Origin: Antedon mediterranea
Taxonomy: Eukaryota > Animalia > Echinodermata
Reading direction: 5' to 3'
NCBI RefSeq assembly: GCF_964355755.1
Contig: NC_092673.1
Location: forward strand, 9,362,001 to 9,426,000
DNA length: 64,000 nucleotides
This document shows, one piece after another, positions 50,790 to 64,000 of the stretch. Numbering within the stretch: the stretch's first letter is position 1; every line of letters begins with the position of its first letter. The position numbers were made by a program, and so were the translations under genes. The notes beneath the pieces are model-generated. The model made no database searches. It saw only the letters and a program-made list of their open reading frames with translations, and was not told the origin of the DNA.

Positions 50790-52324
50790 CAGGTGCAGAT
50801 TTCTATAAGCGGTCAATAAACGGTCTTAGGCGGCTATAATTCTTGACGTAGCAAGTAGTCTTTATTATAGACCATTGCTATACCACGGTTTGACTGGATT
50901 GCATTTTCAGTTAACGCAGTACAAGTTTAAAAGTAAAGAAAAATTATAACAATAACATATAAAAATACAGAAAGATAAAAGCATAGTAGGCCTAATTTAA
51001 AAGACTAGATGGTACGCGAGCATCATTTAAGACTGTTTTATAGCAATCCTCCCCAGATGATATTAAACATTAGTTTAAGGGTAGTTTTAGTCGGTTTTAA
51101 TGTTGAAAATTCTTGATTTCACACACTCAGTTGGGTATTGTTTTATTTAGGAAATATCATATTTTTCTCCCCGACAAACATGGTCAATCCTCCCCGATGG
51201 AGGGGGTTTTGTGTGGCGGCAGCTGGCTCCCTGGCGCCACCACTGGAACATCATTTATAGTCATTTAATAAAGCATCTTGATCATCACCAAGCCCTTAGT
51301 AACTTCCAACATGGTTTCAGAGTAATTGTGCGAGACACAGCTGCTCACGACTGTCGTAGGTGGGAAGACAATGTAATGATAAAGTCTGCAAAATGTAACA
51401 ACTTGTAACCAGGTTTGGGTAGTGTGAAGACAATTTTTTGGAAAATTTCCCGAGATTTTACACCGACGAGATGTCTCAAGTTTGTACTGCGCATGTGTGT
51501 TGCCCTGGAATTTAACTTACTAATCACAGTAAATTAATAATTAAATAGCACGCCCAACTATGCAATGACAATACTTGATTCCTTGAGATTTCTCAGGGTT
51601 TGCATGCGTGTATGAAAGCGTGTAATATTTCGGGAGTTTAAACCTGGTTGCAAGTTGTAACAATTGACGCAGATGTGAAAAGGGTATAATTCGCTGTTTT
51701 CCAGTGAGAACTGATATTAACATACTTTATTACAGCTTTTACAAAATATAATTTACCATCCGACTATGAAATGCAGTATTATGTCCTATACCAAAACATG
51801 AGGATGGAAAATAACTAACATAACAAAAAAATAGTATTAATAAATAATAAACATCTATTATTTTTATATATTTACACAAAGACAACAAGAAGAAAGATAA
51901 AACAGTATATTAAAAACTAAGATGGATTAAGTGTGGAATTTTACAGAGCATTTTGGGATGATGTTAAATACATGTTATGCAATTCACTAAATTATTGTTA
52001 TGACCAAAATAAATTATCTAACACACAACGTTTAGGAATAATTAATTTATTATTTAAATGTGGAGAGCGAGAAAATTTTGAAAATTGGAGACCAATTACT
52101 TTAGTTAATGTAGACTATAAAATTATGGCACATGCCCTAACTAACCGAATGCATGAAATTATTGGATCAATAATAAATTTCGATCAAAAGGGTTATATAA
52201 AAGGAAGATTTGGAGGAGAAAATATAAGATTAGTGGAAGATTTATTAACTTATACAATAGATAAAAATATACCAGGTGCGATGATATTCCTTGACTTCGT
52301 CAAAGCCTTTGATTCAATAGACAG

Positions 52325-55300
52325 TGTTACTGCAGAGAGCATGTATTTATTTTATATTACTTTATTTCCTATTATTATAGAAGTTTCTGCCCTATGAATA
52401 TTCATTTATTCTGTTACTTTCTTATTTGCATTCTCATTTACATATTATTTTCCAAGTGTGCACAGTGTGCTGTTTCTCCTTTGTTTTCCTTTGTCCTAAT
52501 TTTCTTTTGTTCTGTTCAGTTGTTGTTTGCCTGTGCAAGGGTACAGGTCTGTGCAAGTGCACAGCAGCCATTATTTTTCTTTTACCAGCTCTAGCTCTAC
52601 AGTTTATTATTTACACTTTATTACTATTGGATATCTCTGGGATTTTACTTTGTTTTGGAATTACTTTGCAAATGTTGACATTATTGTGGATGGTGCATAT
52701 TAAAGGAAGTACTTTAAACATTAATTTTACTCTTTTAATTTCTGTATGTTGTGAGAGCTGCGTACATTAAAACAAGGAATCAACAGCAGCTGACCTAATT
52801 GGTAGATCCAATTAAAGTAAAAGAAAAATAATTATATAGTAATAATTATGGAGAAAAGAGAGAGAACGTTAACCGAGAAGGGTCTCGAATATAATCGTGA
52901 TGTGAAGATTAGGGCCTTTACTAGTGAAAGGAGGCGGTTGCACAGACTTATAGACGCTGTGAGTGATGCCGTAGAACCAAATGAGGGTATCATAAGTGAC
53001 ATGGTAGATCAGGAGATAATACTGCGTGAAGTATACTCAGAGCTCTGTCCACTTTTGAATGTTGTTGAAAGAGAAGAATACACTAATATGTTGCAGTTGT
53101 CGCATAATGAAGTGACAAAAGATCTGCATCGACGAGGTCAAGTTACCGAAGCTGAGAATCTAGGTGTAGATACATCTGGTAATGTACAAGCTAGTGTGAA
53201 ACCATGTCGTTCAGTGAAAAGTAATTCCTCTAGGCACTCAACACAACATTCTTCACATCACTCTCATTCATCAAGACATTCGTTTCGGAGGAGGGAACAC
53301 TTAAGAGTTCTCGAAGAAGCCAAAAGGGCAGAATTGAAAGCTGAATTAGAATTTAGTGGAATGGAACACAAACTTAAAGAACATAAACTTAAGGTTAAAC
53401 GTGAAGCGGCAGAACATAAATTTAAGGTTGAACGTGAAGCGGCAGAACATAAATTTAAGATGGAGGAGAAGATGTTAGAAATTGAGTTTGAGACTACTTT
53501 GATTGAGCAACAGAAGGAGTTAGCAAAGATGGAAGCTAGAATAGATGTCTTGCGTGAGGAGGATGTAGTGAGTGATGACTCACAGGCATTGCTAAGTGGC
53601 GATGACGATGATTACATTCCTCTTGGGTTGCAGAAATTCCTTGATGATCTACCAAAGGCGGTTGGTGAACCAACAGCAGTTGTGGCAAGATCTAAATCTG
53701 TTGCAGAATCAGCTCAATTTACTATTCCTTCCTCAAATGTATCTACAACCACGAGTGTGACTGTACGTACCTCTGCCACTTCTACTTATATTGCAAAGTC
53801 GGCAATAGACACTTCCACCCATATTATTTCCACTAACATTAACCAACCATTATCATTTGCAGATGTACGCAACACTACTGTTACCAAGGTCCCAAATATT
53901 AATGCTTCTAGTACAATGCCTGCAACTAACTTTACTATTAATTCAACAGCTTCTCAGGCGTACACAGTTCCTGCAAGTTCAATTTATGCTAATGTACCAT
54001 CACTGTACGTTCCAATTTACACCTCTACCTACGTGCCTGTGTGTGCGACGTCAATTACGTTACTAGTGCGTCGTCAGTTGGTGTACCTGTGAATTACTTA
54101 CCAGTTTGTACAGCATCAGTGAGTATACATCCCACGTCAAATTACGTTCCAATTTGTGCGTCGTCAGAAGTACCTAGTACTTACGTGCCATTTAGTGCAG
54201 CACCAGTGAATGTACCAATGACTTACCTTCCTGTTCTGGTGTGTGTGTCATCTGGCAGTAGGCCTACACCTTTGACGCATCTATATACTTCATCAATTAA
54301 CACAACTTCTATATCATCATCTAAGAGTGTACCTGTAGTATCTATTCAGTCGTCTACTGTAGGTGTGCCTGCAGCTGATGTGCGACCAGATCAAGTATCC
54401 ATTTATGACACTAACATTTTACGTCAACTTACCGATTCATTTAAGCTACCGCCTGTTGTAGTGGAGAAATTTGATGGAAACCCACTGAAGTTTCCTACGT
54501 GGGAAGCAGCATTCTCTTCCTTGATATAATGTAAGGTGGTCTCAGTTAATGAAAAATTGTATCTGCTAAGACAACATCTGGATGGTAAACCAAAAAGTTT
54601 GGTGGAGAACTACTTGTTACTTGGAACGGAAAATGCGTACTTGAAGGCTAGGCAAGAGTTGCGCAATAGGTATGGTCACAGCTCCGTTTTAGCACAGGCA
54701 TTCCTGAAGAAGTTGGATTCCTGGCCCAAGATTAATGGAAGAGATCACGTAGGGTTACGCGACTTTTCTGACTACATAAATGAAATTGTAACTGCTCAGG
54801 CCACAATCCCAGATTTAGGCATACTTAACTACTCTGCGGAGAATTGCAAGATTCTTAATAAGTTGCCAGTTTACATTGAGACCAAATGGAGAGGGATAGT
54901 GGCTTCGTGTCAAAAGAATCAAATAAGTCCATCCTTTGCGCAATTTGCTGTCTTTTTGACAAATAAGGCAGAAGAAGCTAATCTTCCTATGCTGGAAGCT
55001 ACGAGACAGATGAAGGATTCTTCTCGTTATGCAAAGGAGGACCACAAACCAAGAAAATCCAGCCATTTGACTTTGAAAACAGATGTATCGACGGAAACTG
55101 AGAACATCAAAACAGACCAAAAGAAGAGTGAGGCACCTACTACATGTCCCTTTTGTAAGTCCTCGCATTCATTAGACAAATGTGATTCCTTTAAGGTTCA
55201 GCCAGTGCATACAAAGAAGAAATTTATCTTTGCATCCAAATTATGCTTTAGGTGTGGTGCTGGTGGTCATTTTGCAGCGCACTGCAAGACTGAGGTGAAA

Positions 55301-58300
55301 TGCCATCACTGTAATAGCAAAGGACATATATCCTGTCTTCACTTCGACAAGCTAGCGAGTGTGGATGGCAAATGCACTGTGGTATGCGGAGATGAAACCG
55401 TATGCAATGATAACTCTATGATTTTACCGGTATGGGTTAGAGGTAGAGGTAGTATATCCGAAAGACTGGTTTACTGTATCTTAGACTCACAAAGCAATAC
55501 CTGCTTCATTAAAGAAGATATGGTTGGTAAACTGGGTGTGAAATCTCATCCCGCACAACTTAAACTTTCTACCATGCATGCTTCATGTTCCTTAATAGAT
55601 TGTATGAGGGTAGCGGATCTCGAAATAGTAAGCTTTGACAGGAAAGAAGTAAATCCTCTACCAGCCGTCTACACGAGAGACAGCATACCAGCTAAAAGGT
55701 TGCAGATACCGACACCAGAGGTAGCGAGCAAGTGGGATCACCTAAAAAAAATTGCTGATAAAATTGTTCCTCATATGCAAGATGTTCCAGTTGCCTTGTT
55801 GATAGGAAATAATGTGCCCTGTGTACTACGACCTCGGAACATTATTGCTGGTGAAGAAAACCATCCATATGCTCAACAATCTATACTTGGCTGGGGAATA
55901 ATTGGCACCATTTGTAAACCGGAGGATGTTACGTCTCATCGTTTGGTCTCCTACATTACTAACACGGTTAAACACAAAGAAATATTACCAATTCACATTA
56001 AAGAAATGATGGAAGTTGATTTTTCAGATAGAGGTGTTGGCGTTTCCATGTCAGTTGACGAAAGACGGTTTCTGAATATCCTAAGTGATAATATTCGTCA
56101 GAGAAGTGACGGACATTACGAGATGCCATTACCACTCCGTTCACCAAATGTAAATCTTCCTGATAATAAACCATTGGCTGTTAAACGATTCAACGGTCTG
56201 AGGAAACGATTTACAAAGCAACCAGAGTTCATGAGAGATTATTTAGGTTTCATGAAGGATGTACTGGCTGATGAAGTTCCTAAAGACACAAAGCCTGTTA
56301 TCGGAAGAATAAACTATGTACCACACACGGGAATATATCACCCAAAAAAACCTGGTTAAATAAGAGTGGTATTTGATTGTTCTGCCATATATTAAGGTAC
56401 ATCATTGAATGAACGTTTGTTGCCCGGTCCGAACCAAATTAACAGTCTACTTGGAATTTTGCTGAGGTTTAGACAGGAAAACGTCGCAATAATGGCTGAC
56501 ATCAAGGTGATGTTTCATCAATTCTTTGTTGCTAATGCGGATAGAGATCTGCTGCGGTTCCTGTGGTTTAAAGACAATAATCCAAGCAATGAAGTAATTG
56601 AATATAGAATGATGGTTCATCTGTTCGGAGCAACTAGTTCGCCAGGTTGCTCTAATTTTGGTTTGAAGAGAGCAGCTGAAGATGGAGAAAAATTCTATGG
56701 AAAAGAAGCAGCAAACTTCATAAAGAATGACTTCTACGTCGATGATGGTTTAAAGTCCCTGTCTACAGCTGATGAAGCAATAAGCTTAATACAAAATAGT
56801 ACAGGTATATGTGCTAAAGCCGGTTTGAGACTGCATAAATGGATCTCAAATGATAGGAAAGTTCTCAGCTGTATTCCAGAAGGACAACGAGGCAAGTCAT
56901 TATATAACATCAATGTGAAGTCTGACACTCTACCTATTGAAAGAGTGTTAGGCGTATCGTGGTGCATCGAAAGTGATGAGTTCAAATTTAGGGTGCAACT
57001 AAATGATTATCTCCCTACCAGACGAAATGTTCTCAAGACCGTATGCTCCATTTACGATCCGTTAGGATTTATCGCTCCTGTCCTTATTGTTGCAAAGATG
57101 GTTCTGCAAAGTGTCTGTGCACAGAATCTTGATTGGGACGATCCTTTGGGTCCCGAAGAGCAGAGCAAATGGGAGAGATGGTGCGAAGACATTAAGAACT
57201 TAAATACACTAAGCATACCACGTTGTTATAAACCAATCAATTTTAAAGCAGTGACCGCAGAATGTCATCATTTTTCAGATGCAAGTGAAGCTGCGTACGG
57301 TCAATGCTCATACTTGCGATTAATTGATGGAGATGGGAAGGCAGCCGTCTCCTTTTTGCTTGGCAAGGCCAGGGTAACTCCTGCTAATAAGAAGATTACG
57401 ATACCTCGCCTTGAGTTGAACGCAGCAGTGGTATCAGCTCGAGTCAGTCATATTCTGAAGAATGAGATGGATATTAAAGTACCAATAACGGATTACTTTT
57501 GGACCGATAGTAAAGTTGTACTAGGGTACATACAGAATGTAGCTACACGGTATCAAATGTTTGTTGGTAATCGAGTGCAACAAATTCATGACCAAACTGA
57601 TGTTGATGATTGGCACTACATCAATTCTTTAGATAACCCAAGTGATGAGGCAAGCCGAGGGCTGACAACTCTCAAATTTCTCACAACTTCAAAGTGGATC
57701 GGTGTACCGGATTTTCTGAAGCAGGATGGTGAATTAAAATGTTTGAGACAAAATGCCGTCGACGAGGAAGCAACAAAACTTGTTTCCACAGAATTTAAAC
57801 GCTCGTTTGCTGTCACAGCTGTAATTACAAGTAAGAATGATGTGATTGGTAGAATAATTAAGAAGTTCTCCAAATGGAAAATGGTAAAGATAGTGATTGC
57901 TCGACTTTTAAACCTTAAGACAAGATTAATTACTGCAGCAAAAATCAAACTTAAAACCTATGGCATCATGAACAAGTTATCTGGAGACTTCATACCGACT
58001 GTTGATGATTTGCAGGTAGCAGAGACAATAATCATTCGTTCTGTACAATGTGAACATTACTTACCTGAATTTAATGTTTTGCAAAACTTTAAAGATGACT
58101 TACCGGACCGAGATGTGGCTAAAAGCAAGAAATTTGCACTCAAGAATTCCCGTTTGTGTAAATTACATCCAATTCTAGATGAATCTGGAATTCTGAGAGT
58201 TGGCGGTCGAATACATTATTCGTCTATGCCTATGGAAATAAAACATCCTATAATCATACCAAAATACTCACCTTTAATGACTCTTCTTGTTGATCACCAC

Positions 58301-60061
58301 CACAAGAAAGTAAACCATATGGGCAGAAGTGCCACGTTAAACAGTCTAAGACAAGGTGGTTTCTGGTTGATTGGCGCAGTATCCGCTGTCTCACAATACT
58401 TACGAAAATGTGTGACATGTAGACGATCCAGAGGTCAACTAGGTGCCCAAAAAATGGCCGACTTACCTATTGATAGACTGTCGGAATCGCCTCCATTTAC
58501 ATATTATGGAGTTGATTTATTTGGCCCATTTATTATCAAAGAGAGAAGGAGTCGAGTCAAGAGATATGGTGTAATATTTACTTGTATGGCGTCTCGGGCT
58601 ATACATCTTGAATCAGTCAACTCACTAGAAACAAATTCATTCATAAACGCCTTACGACGTTTCTTAAGCATAAGAGGTCCAGTATACCAGATGCGATCGG
58701 ACCAGGGAACAAATTTTGTTGGGGCGATCAACGAGTTCTCTAAAGTGCAAAACTTTCTACGTGACCAGCAATGTAGATGGATACTTAATGTTCCCTCAGC
58801 AAGTCACATGGGAGGCGTATGGGAGCGTCAAATAAGGACTGTGCGCAGTGCGTTGACACCATTATTGAATAGCTGTGGAGATCATCTGTGTGACGAAACT
58901 TTTCGCACATTTTTGTGTGAGGTACAGAGTATTGTAAATTCTCGTCCGTTAACTGTAAACAATCTTTCAGATCCTACAGCTCCAGAAGCACTCACACCGA
59001 ATCACTTATTGACAATGAAGTCAAATATTCTGTTACCACCACCAGGCGAATTCCAGGCAAGTGATATATATTGCCGAAGGAGATGGCCAATCAGTTTTGG
59101 CATCGGTGGCGTAACGAGTATCTCACCACTCTTCAAACCAGACAAACGTGGAACGTCACTAGAAGGAATTTTTGTGTAGGTGACATAGTTATCATCAAGG
59201 ATGAAAATGCACCACACAATGATTGGAAGCTTGGTCGAATTGTGGAAGTGATGAAGAGCAAGGATGATCTCGTAAGGAAGGTCAAACTTCGTCATCAGAG
59301 TGGTCATTACGAACGACCTATTCACAAGTTGATATTGTTAGTGGCTAGTGATTCTTGAAGTGGTCCAATCCCAGTCAGGGAGCCAACCGTTTGATGCGTA
59401 TTGAGAAAATGGAATCAAGAAATTTGTTTATTTTCATATGAACGTTTTGCTTGGATATGCATTAGAACTTTTGAGTGTACTTTTATGTTATGTTTCAACA
59501 AGAACTTTTATATTTAATTTACAAGGACTTCAATGTTAATGTAATTACTTTACGTCCTTGAGGGAGCCATGTTACTGCAGAGAGCATGTATTTATTTTAT
59601 ATTACTTTATTTCCTATTATTATAGAAGTTTCTGCCCTATGAATATTCATTTATTCTGTTACTTTCTTATTTGCATTCTCATTTACATATTATTTTCCAA
59701 GTGTGCACAGTGTTCTGTTTCTCCTTTGTTTTCCTTTGTCCTAATTTTTTTTTGTTCTGTTCAGTTGTTATTTGCCTGTGCAAGGGTACAGGTCTGTGCA
59801 AGTGCACAGCAGCCATTATTTTTCTTTTACCAGCTCTAGCTCTACAGTTTATTATTTATACTTTATTACTATTGGATATCTCTGGGATTTTACTTTGTTT
59901 TGGAATTACTTTGCAAATGTTGACATTATTGTGGATGGTGCATATTAAAGGAAGTACTTTAAACATTAATTTTACTCTTTTAATTTCTGTATGTTGTGAG
60001 AGCTGCATACATTAAAACAAGGAATCAACAGCAGCTGACCTAATTGGTAGATCCAATTAAA
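52325..60061 (+). mobile_element. Full-length BEL/Pao LTR retrotransposon (inactivated)
   Basis: 492-bp LTRs 52325-52816 and 59570-60061 (~5 substitutions by eye), TSD GACAG (52320-52324, 60062-60066), PPT GAGGGAGCCA. Confidence 0.95.
52848..59358 (+). pseudogene. BEL/Pao gag-pol polyprotein with stops and frameshifts
   Basis: RERTLTEKG, KFDGNPL, triple Cys/His knuckles, LDSQS protease, HLFGATSSP, FYVDD, HHFSDAS..AYG, TIPRLEL.AA, GVDLFGP, SDQGTNFVGA, GGVWER, YERPIHKL; breaks at ~54060, 54527, 56357, ~56393 and ~59085. Confidence 0.92.
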
Positions 60062-61689
60062 GACAGAAACCTAATGATCAAAGTTCTGGAAAAATTTAGA
60101 TTTGGTAAATTGTTCATAAATGGATACAAATAATTTACACAGATACAATGTGTAAAATAACTAATAATGGTTGGATATCCAAAACTTTTAAAATGAACTG
60201 TGGAGTAAGACAGGGCTGCCCATTGTCCGCATTGTTATTTATTTGAGTTGCCGAAATCATGGCAATTAACATACGAGAAAATCGACACTGCAAAGGTATT
60301 AAACTACCAAGCACAGAAAACAATGATAATATAGTAAAAATTGCACAATTGGCAGATGATACTGTAATTTTCACAAGTGAAGGACGCAGTTTAGAATTTT
60401 TTTTTTAATGAAATACAAACGTTTTGTAACTTATCAGGTCTAAAATTGAATAAAAAAAAAACAAAAGGCATTTGGATTGGTTCAAGTAGATTTAGTAACT
60501 CCATTCCGTTCAATATTTCATGGACGAAGGAACCAATAAAATTTCTTGGCTATAATACCAATTATTGTGAAAAAAAAAATTGGGATGACAAAATTATTAA
60601 CTCAAAAAATACATTAAAATTATGGGAAAAAAGATATTTATCCTTTCTTGGGAAAATAACAATTATTAAAACACTGGCTATATCCAAACTTATATACAAT
60701 GCCAGTATTATAGATGTACCCACACATATTTTTCCTCTAGTTGAAAAAGAAATTTTTCATTTCCTATGGGGAGGAAAAAAAGAAAAAAATTAAAAGAAAA
60801 ACGCTTATCAATAAAATTGAAGACGGTGGTCTCAACATGGTAGATTTTAATGTTTTAGCTAAGTCTTTAAAACTGAGTTGGATCAAGAGGCTATTAAGCC
60901 CTGACCCTGGGAAATGGAAATTCATTCCGAAATACTATATGTATCCATTTGAATGTACAGTTAAATTACTAAAATGAATAAAGAAAACCATACTATTTTA
61001 AAAGACATGCCAATATTTTATCTACAATTATTAAATGTGGCTGTGATTCTAAACAATATTATAAGTTCAGAACCACTAACTGCAAATGAAATCAAATCTC
61101 AACAGCTGTGGGAAAATAAATATATAACTCTGCAAGGTAATTCAATGTACCTTAGCAATTGGTTAAATTCGGGATTCCGAACAATAAATGATATCATTAT
61201 TAATAATGAACTAATAACATACCAAGAGTTGCTTCCCAAGTTGATTCATAAAGAAAATGGTTTCATAGAATATTTCTCAATTATCAATGCTATACCAAAT
61301 AAATGGAAACAAATAGTAACATCACCAATTGTTGAAAATGTAAATGATAAATATGTAGATATAAGTTTATTTTATAAGAAAAACAAATCTTCAATATTTT
61401 ATAGACACATTGTTAATAAATCAAGCAAGCAAAGTGGGAATTTGAATTAGGTGTTGAGTTAAATTGGCATAAAATATGGTTTAATAAAGTTGTTAGCTCT
61501 AAACATATAGTTAAAGTTTGCCAATTTAATTTCAAGCTGTTGCACAGAATTTTAGCATGTAGTGCAAAGCTGAAATTATGGAAGTTAGTGGAAACTGACA
61601 TATGCCAAAAATGTAAAACTGAAATAGAAAATGAACAAGAAATATTTCTTACAAAAAACGCTGCTCGCTTATTGACGTAACAGTTTTAA

Positions 61690-61980
61690 AGATATATTGT
61701 CCCTCTGAAAAATATTTTTTATGTCAAATTTGTTTTTGAATGTGTCATTTTATTGTCACATATTAGTTATTTTACCTGAAAAAATGTAATTAAAAGCAAA
61801 AAATACTTCAATTGTCTGTCAGACAATGTGATTTTTGAGTTATAATTAAACGTTTCTTTTCTCTTTCTATAATGTGAATTTTGTTACAGAAGTGAATAAC
61901 TTTGATATGAAACAGACCCAATTTAGTTTATTTTATTGCTAAGGTCAAGTCTGGGGGTCACTTCATCATGCCTTAGATAC
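61690..61980. mobile_element. Kolobok-type MITE left end, related to family C
   Basis: TTAA|AGATATATTGTCCCT; right TIR not found. Confidence 0.45.
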
Positions 61981-61984
61981 ATCA

Positions 61985-62664
61985 AGGTCGTGTTCGTACA
62001 GTGGTTAAAATAAGCGCTTAATTTCACCCATGCCTCGGGTTATAAATTGAGCGTTGTTCGTACTTGAAATATTTAACCGCTTAAATGCTTAATCGACGAA
62101 TCACAAACCGGAAATTACGTTTTAAGGTCAGTTGTCTTTACAACCTACGACCCCATGTTGCATATTTTTTACTCGCGATCTTTCTTTACAATAACAATTA
62201 CTTGCTACCTTTTACACTGCTTATCCTTGCGACAAACCTTATGCCTCTTAACGCCGATAATTCTGCCGAAATATGCCTTCTCCTGACGACCATTATTTTA
62301 CTCCTTTACGAAGAATTTGAGCCCAATGTTACACGAAACACCACCGACCAGCTAGGCCTACTAAGCGGTCTACACCAACAAGGACAGCACCAGCTGACGA
62401 TCGCTCTCGAAGCGTGTATAGCAGAGCTTCGTAGGAGAAATGACGGGCCTAGGCAGCGAACGTTTGTCAAAATTTGACACATTGCCTCTATCGGAGATTT
62501 ATTATCCTCGAAGGCCGAGTATAATTGGATTATCGCTGAAATAACCTGCAAATTTGGTGAACATTTTGCCTCGAATTTTTTGTAGCCTGAGGCAAAAGTT
62601 AATTGGGTCACGCGAACAGAAATCGGGAATAAGCTGGTATTTTCAACCCCTACGAACAGGCCCC
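61985..62664. mobile_element. Probable Harbinger-type non-autonomous element
   Basis: Imperfect TIR AGGTCGTGTTCGTA / TACGAACAGGCCCC; the flanks do not form a clean TSD. Confidence 0.45.
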
Positions 62665-64000
62665 TAGTGTGAAGTATCATATTACAAACAAAAACTTTCA
62701 TGGACTGTTTTGATAATAATTCAATGATTATCTGACAGCGAAATACAGTATTTTCATGGGACTCATAAATACCAGAAATGCAGCTGCTACCTATATAAAT
62801 TATAGTGGAGTTTCCATTTTAACAAAAATGTCAAAGTGTAGTACTATACTGCTGCTTGATTTCATCTAATTAATGAGTCATCTCGTGTGACGTAGCGGGC
62901 TAGAGCAGCAGCGTGAAAACATATGATATTTCTTTGTAAAACAATTCAACCAGTCTGGAGAAAGTTTGATTTAATGATTGTAACGTGTTTCCCTGCCAAC
63001 GAAACACGCCATCAATTTTCCAGTTGGATAAACATTGTTACAGGGAATACTAACAGCCTCATAAATGAACTTATTTCTATTTTCTGTTTTTGTATTTATA
63101 AGTCAGGTTTTAATACCTATAATAATTTATTAAAGGAAGAAAATGTTTCACAAACAATATGGAACGTATACAAAATGGAACTTTCCAATTTAATAAAATA
63201 TGAACACGCATGTAACTTTATCAAAGCTGAAAAAAAAATGGGCTAACGTAAAAGAAAAACTGATAGACTATTTTAGTACGTTTTGATAGTGATAAATATA
63301 TATCTATGCTCCTCCGTAATACGACGAGGATGAAAAAGATTCGCTACCCAATCGAAGATGAAAATTACAATAAAAACCCCAGTGGTCTAAAGGTTAAGAC
63401 AAATCTGCATATCAAGCAAACTGTTCCGGTTTAGAATTTCGATTTTAGCGACTTTTCCATCTTTATCGTTTTGAATTTTTCTGTGCTTGTGATGAGTATA
63501 TGTATAATATGTATATATTTAATTGAATTGAAATACTGTACAAATATTTTAATATTGATGTATAATTAATTAATTATTTTATATATTTAAATTACTTTTT
63601 TTAAATGTAAAATAATGAATTCAATGTTTTTATTACAATTACTTTTAACATTGTAAGATATAAACGAGAGGAAAAAATATGTTTAAAAAATATAATTTTT
63701 ATAACAGAGTATGATAATAAAAGTGGGACGAACCCACACAAGACAAAAAAAAACAAACTAATATAATAACAAGATTCTGTTTTTTTTACTGCATGTTTCA
63801 AACATTCATTTTACAGTGAGCACTAATATTTTTTGTGATGATCCTCTGCAATTGTGTTTAAATTGCTTGCTTTTAAAATTATTGAAAACAAAATAGACAC
63901 TGAAATATATAAGAATACAGTATGCCTATTAACTTTATCTTCTAATATAAATGCTAGGTGCTGTACCTATCTATTTATAGATTTGTGTATACTGCATTGT

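Larger units (their letters stand above)
51920..63600 (+). mobile_element. Decayed Tx1/L1-clade LINE related to 14300-17800, split by the BEL/Pao element and later MITEs
   Basis: DGLSVEFY..NWRPITLVNVDYKI..DFVKAFDSID|RNL..GVRQGCPLS..QLADDT; frameshifted pieces continue to ~63250. Right boundary approximate. Confidence 0.85.

Noticed and set aside
52394-52770. Hydrophobic ORFs suggesting an env-like or membrane protein (repeated at 59558-60015)
   Set aside because: They lie within the T-rich LTRs; composition explains the hydrophobicity.
62085-62701. 130-aa ORFs on both strands
   Set aside because: Inside a probable MITE; no motif recognised.

Overview
AT-rich eukaryotic (animal) genomic DNA, probably a marine invertebrate deuterostome (inferred from a Deu/Nin-domain SINE and a 2A-bearing CR1-type LINE). 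The only host coding sequence I can support is the last two exons of an AK1-type adenylate kinase (7-198 and 7906-8631), whose terminal exon adds a ~220-aa Glu/Lys-rich repetitive tail. A possible non-coding first exon near 39.2-39.5 kb is followed by a ~730-bp tract built almost entirely from CTAG/TAGGCCTA-type palindromic words. The rest is nested transposons: two Gypsy elements (one Gmr1/SCAN-like), a full-length BEL/Pao, several LINEs, a tandem Helitron array, HINE/DINE-like elements, Kolobok-, hAT-, Harbinger- and Tc1-type non-autonomous elements, and a tRNA-derived SINE. Most notable: the TAGGCCTA tract (possibly piled-up TA+GGCC insertion or excision footprints, with one clean paralogous example in the window), two unrelated LTR elements ending TG...AA, a LINE flanked by a ~247-bp duplication, and a five-level DNA-transposon stack. 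Coordinates were read by hand; TE family names are motif-based, not database hits.
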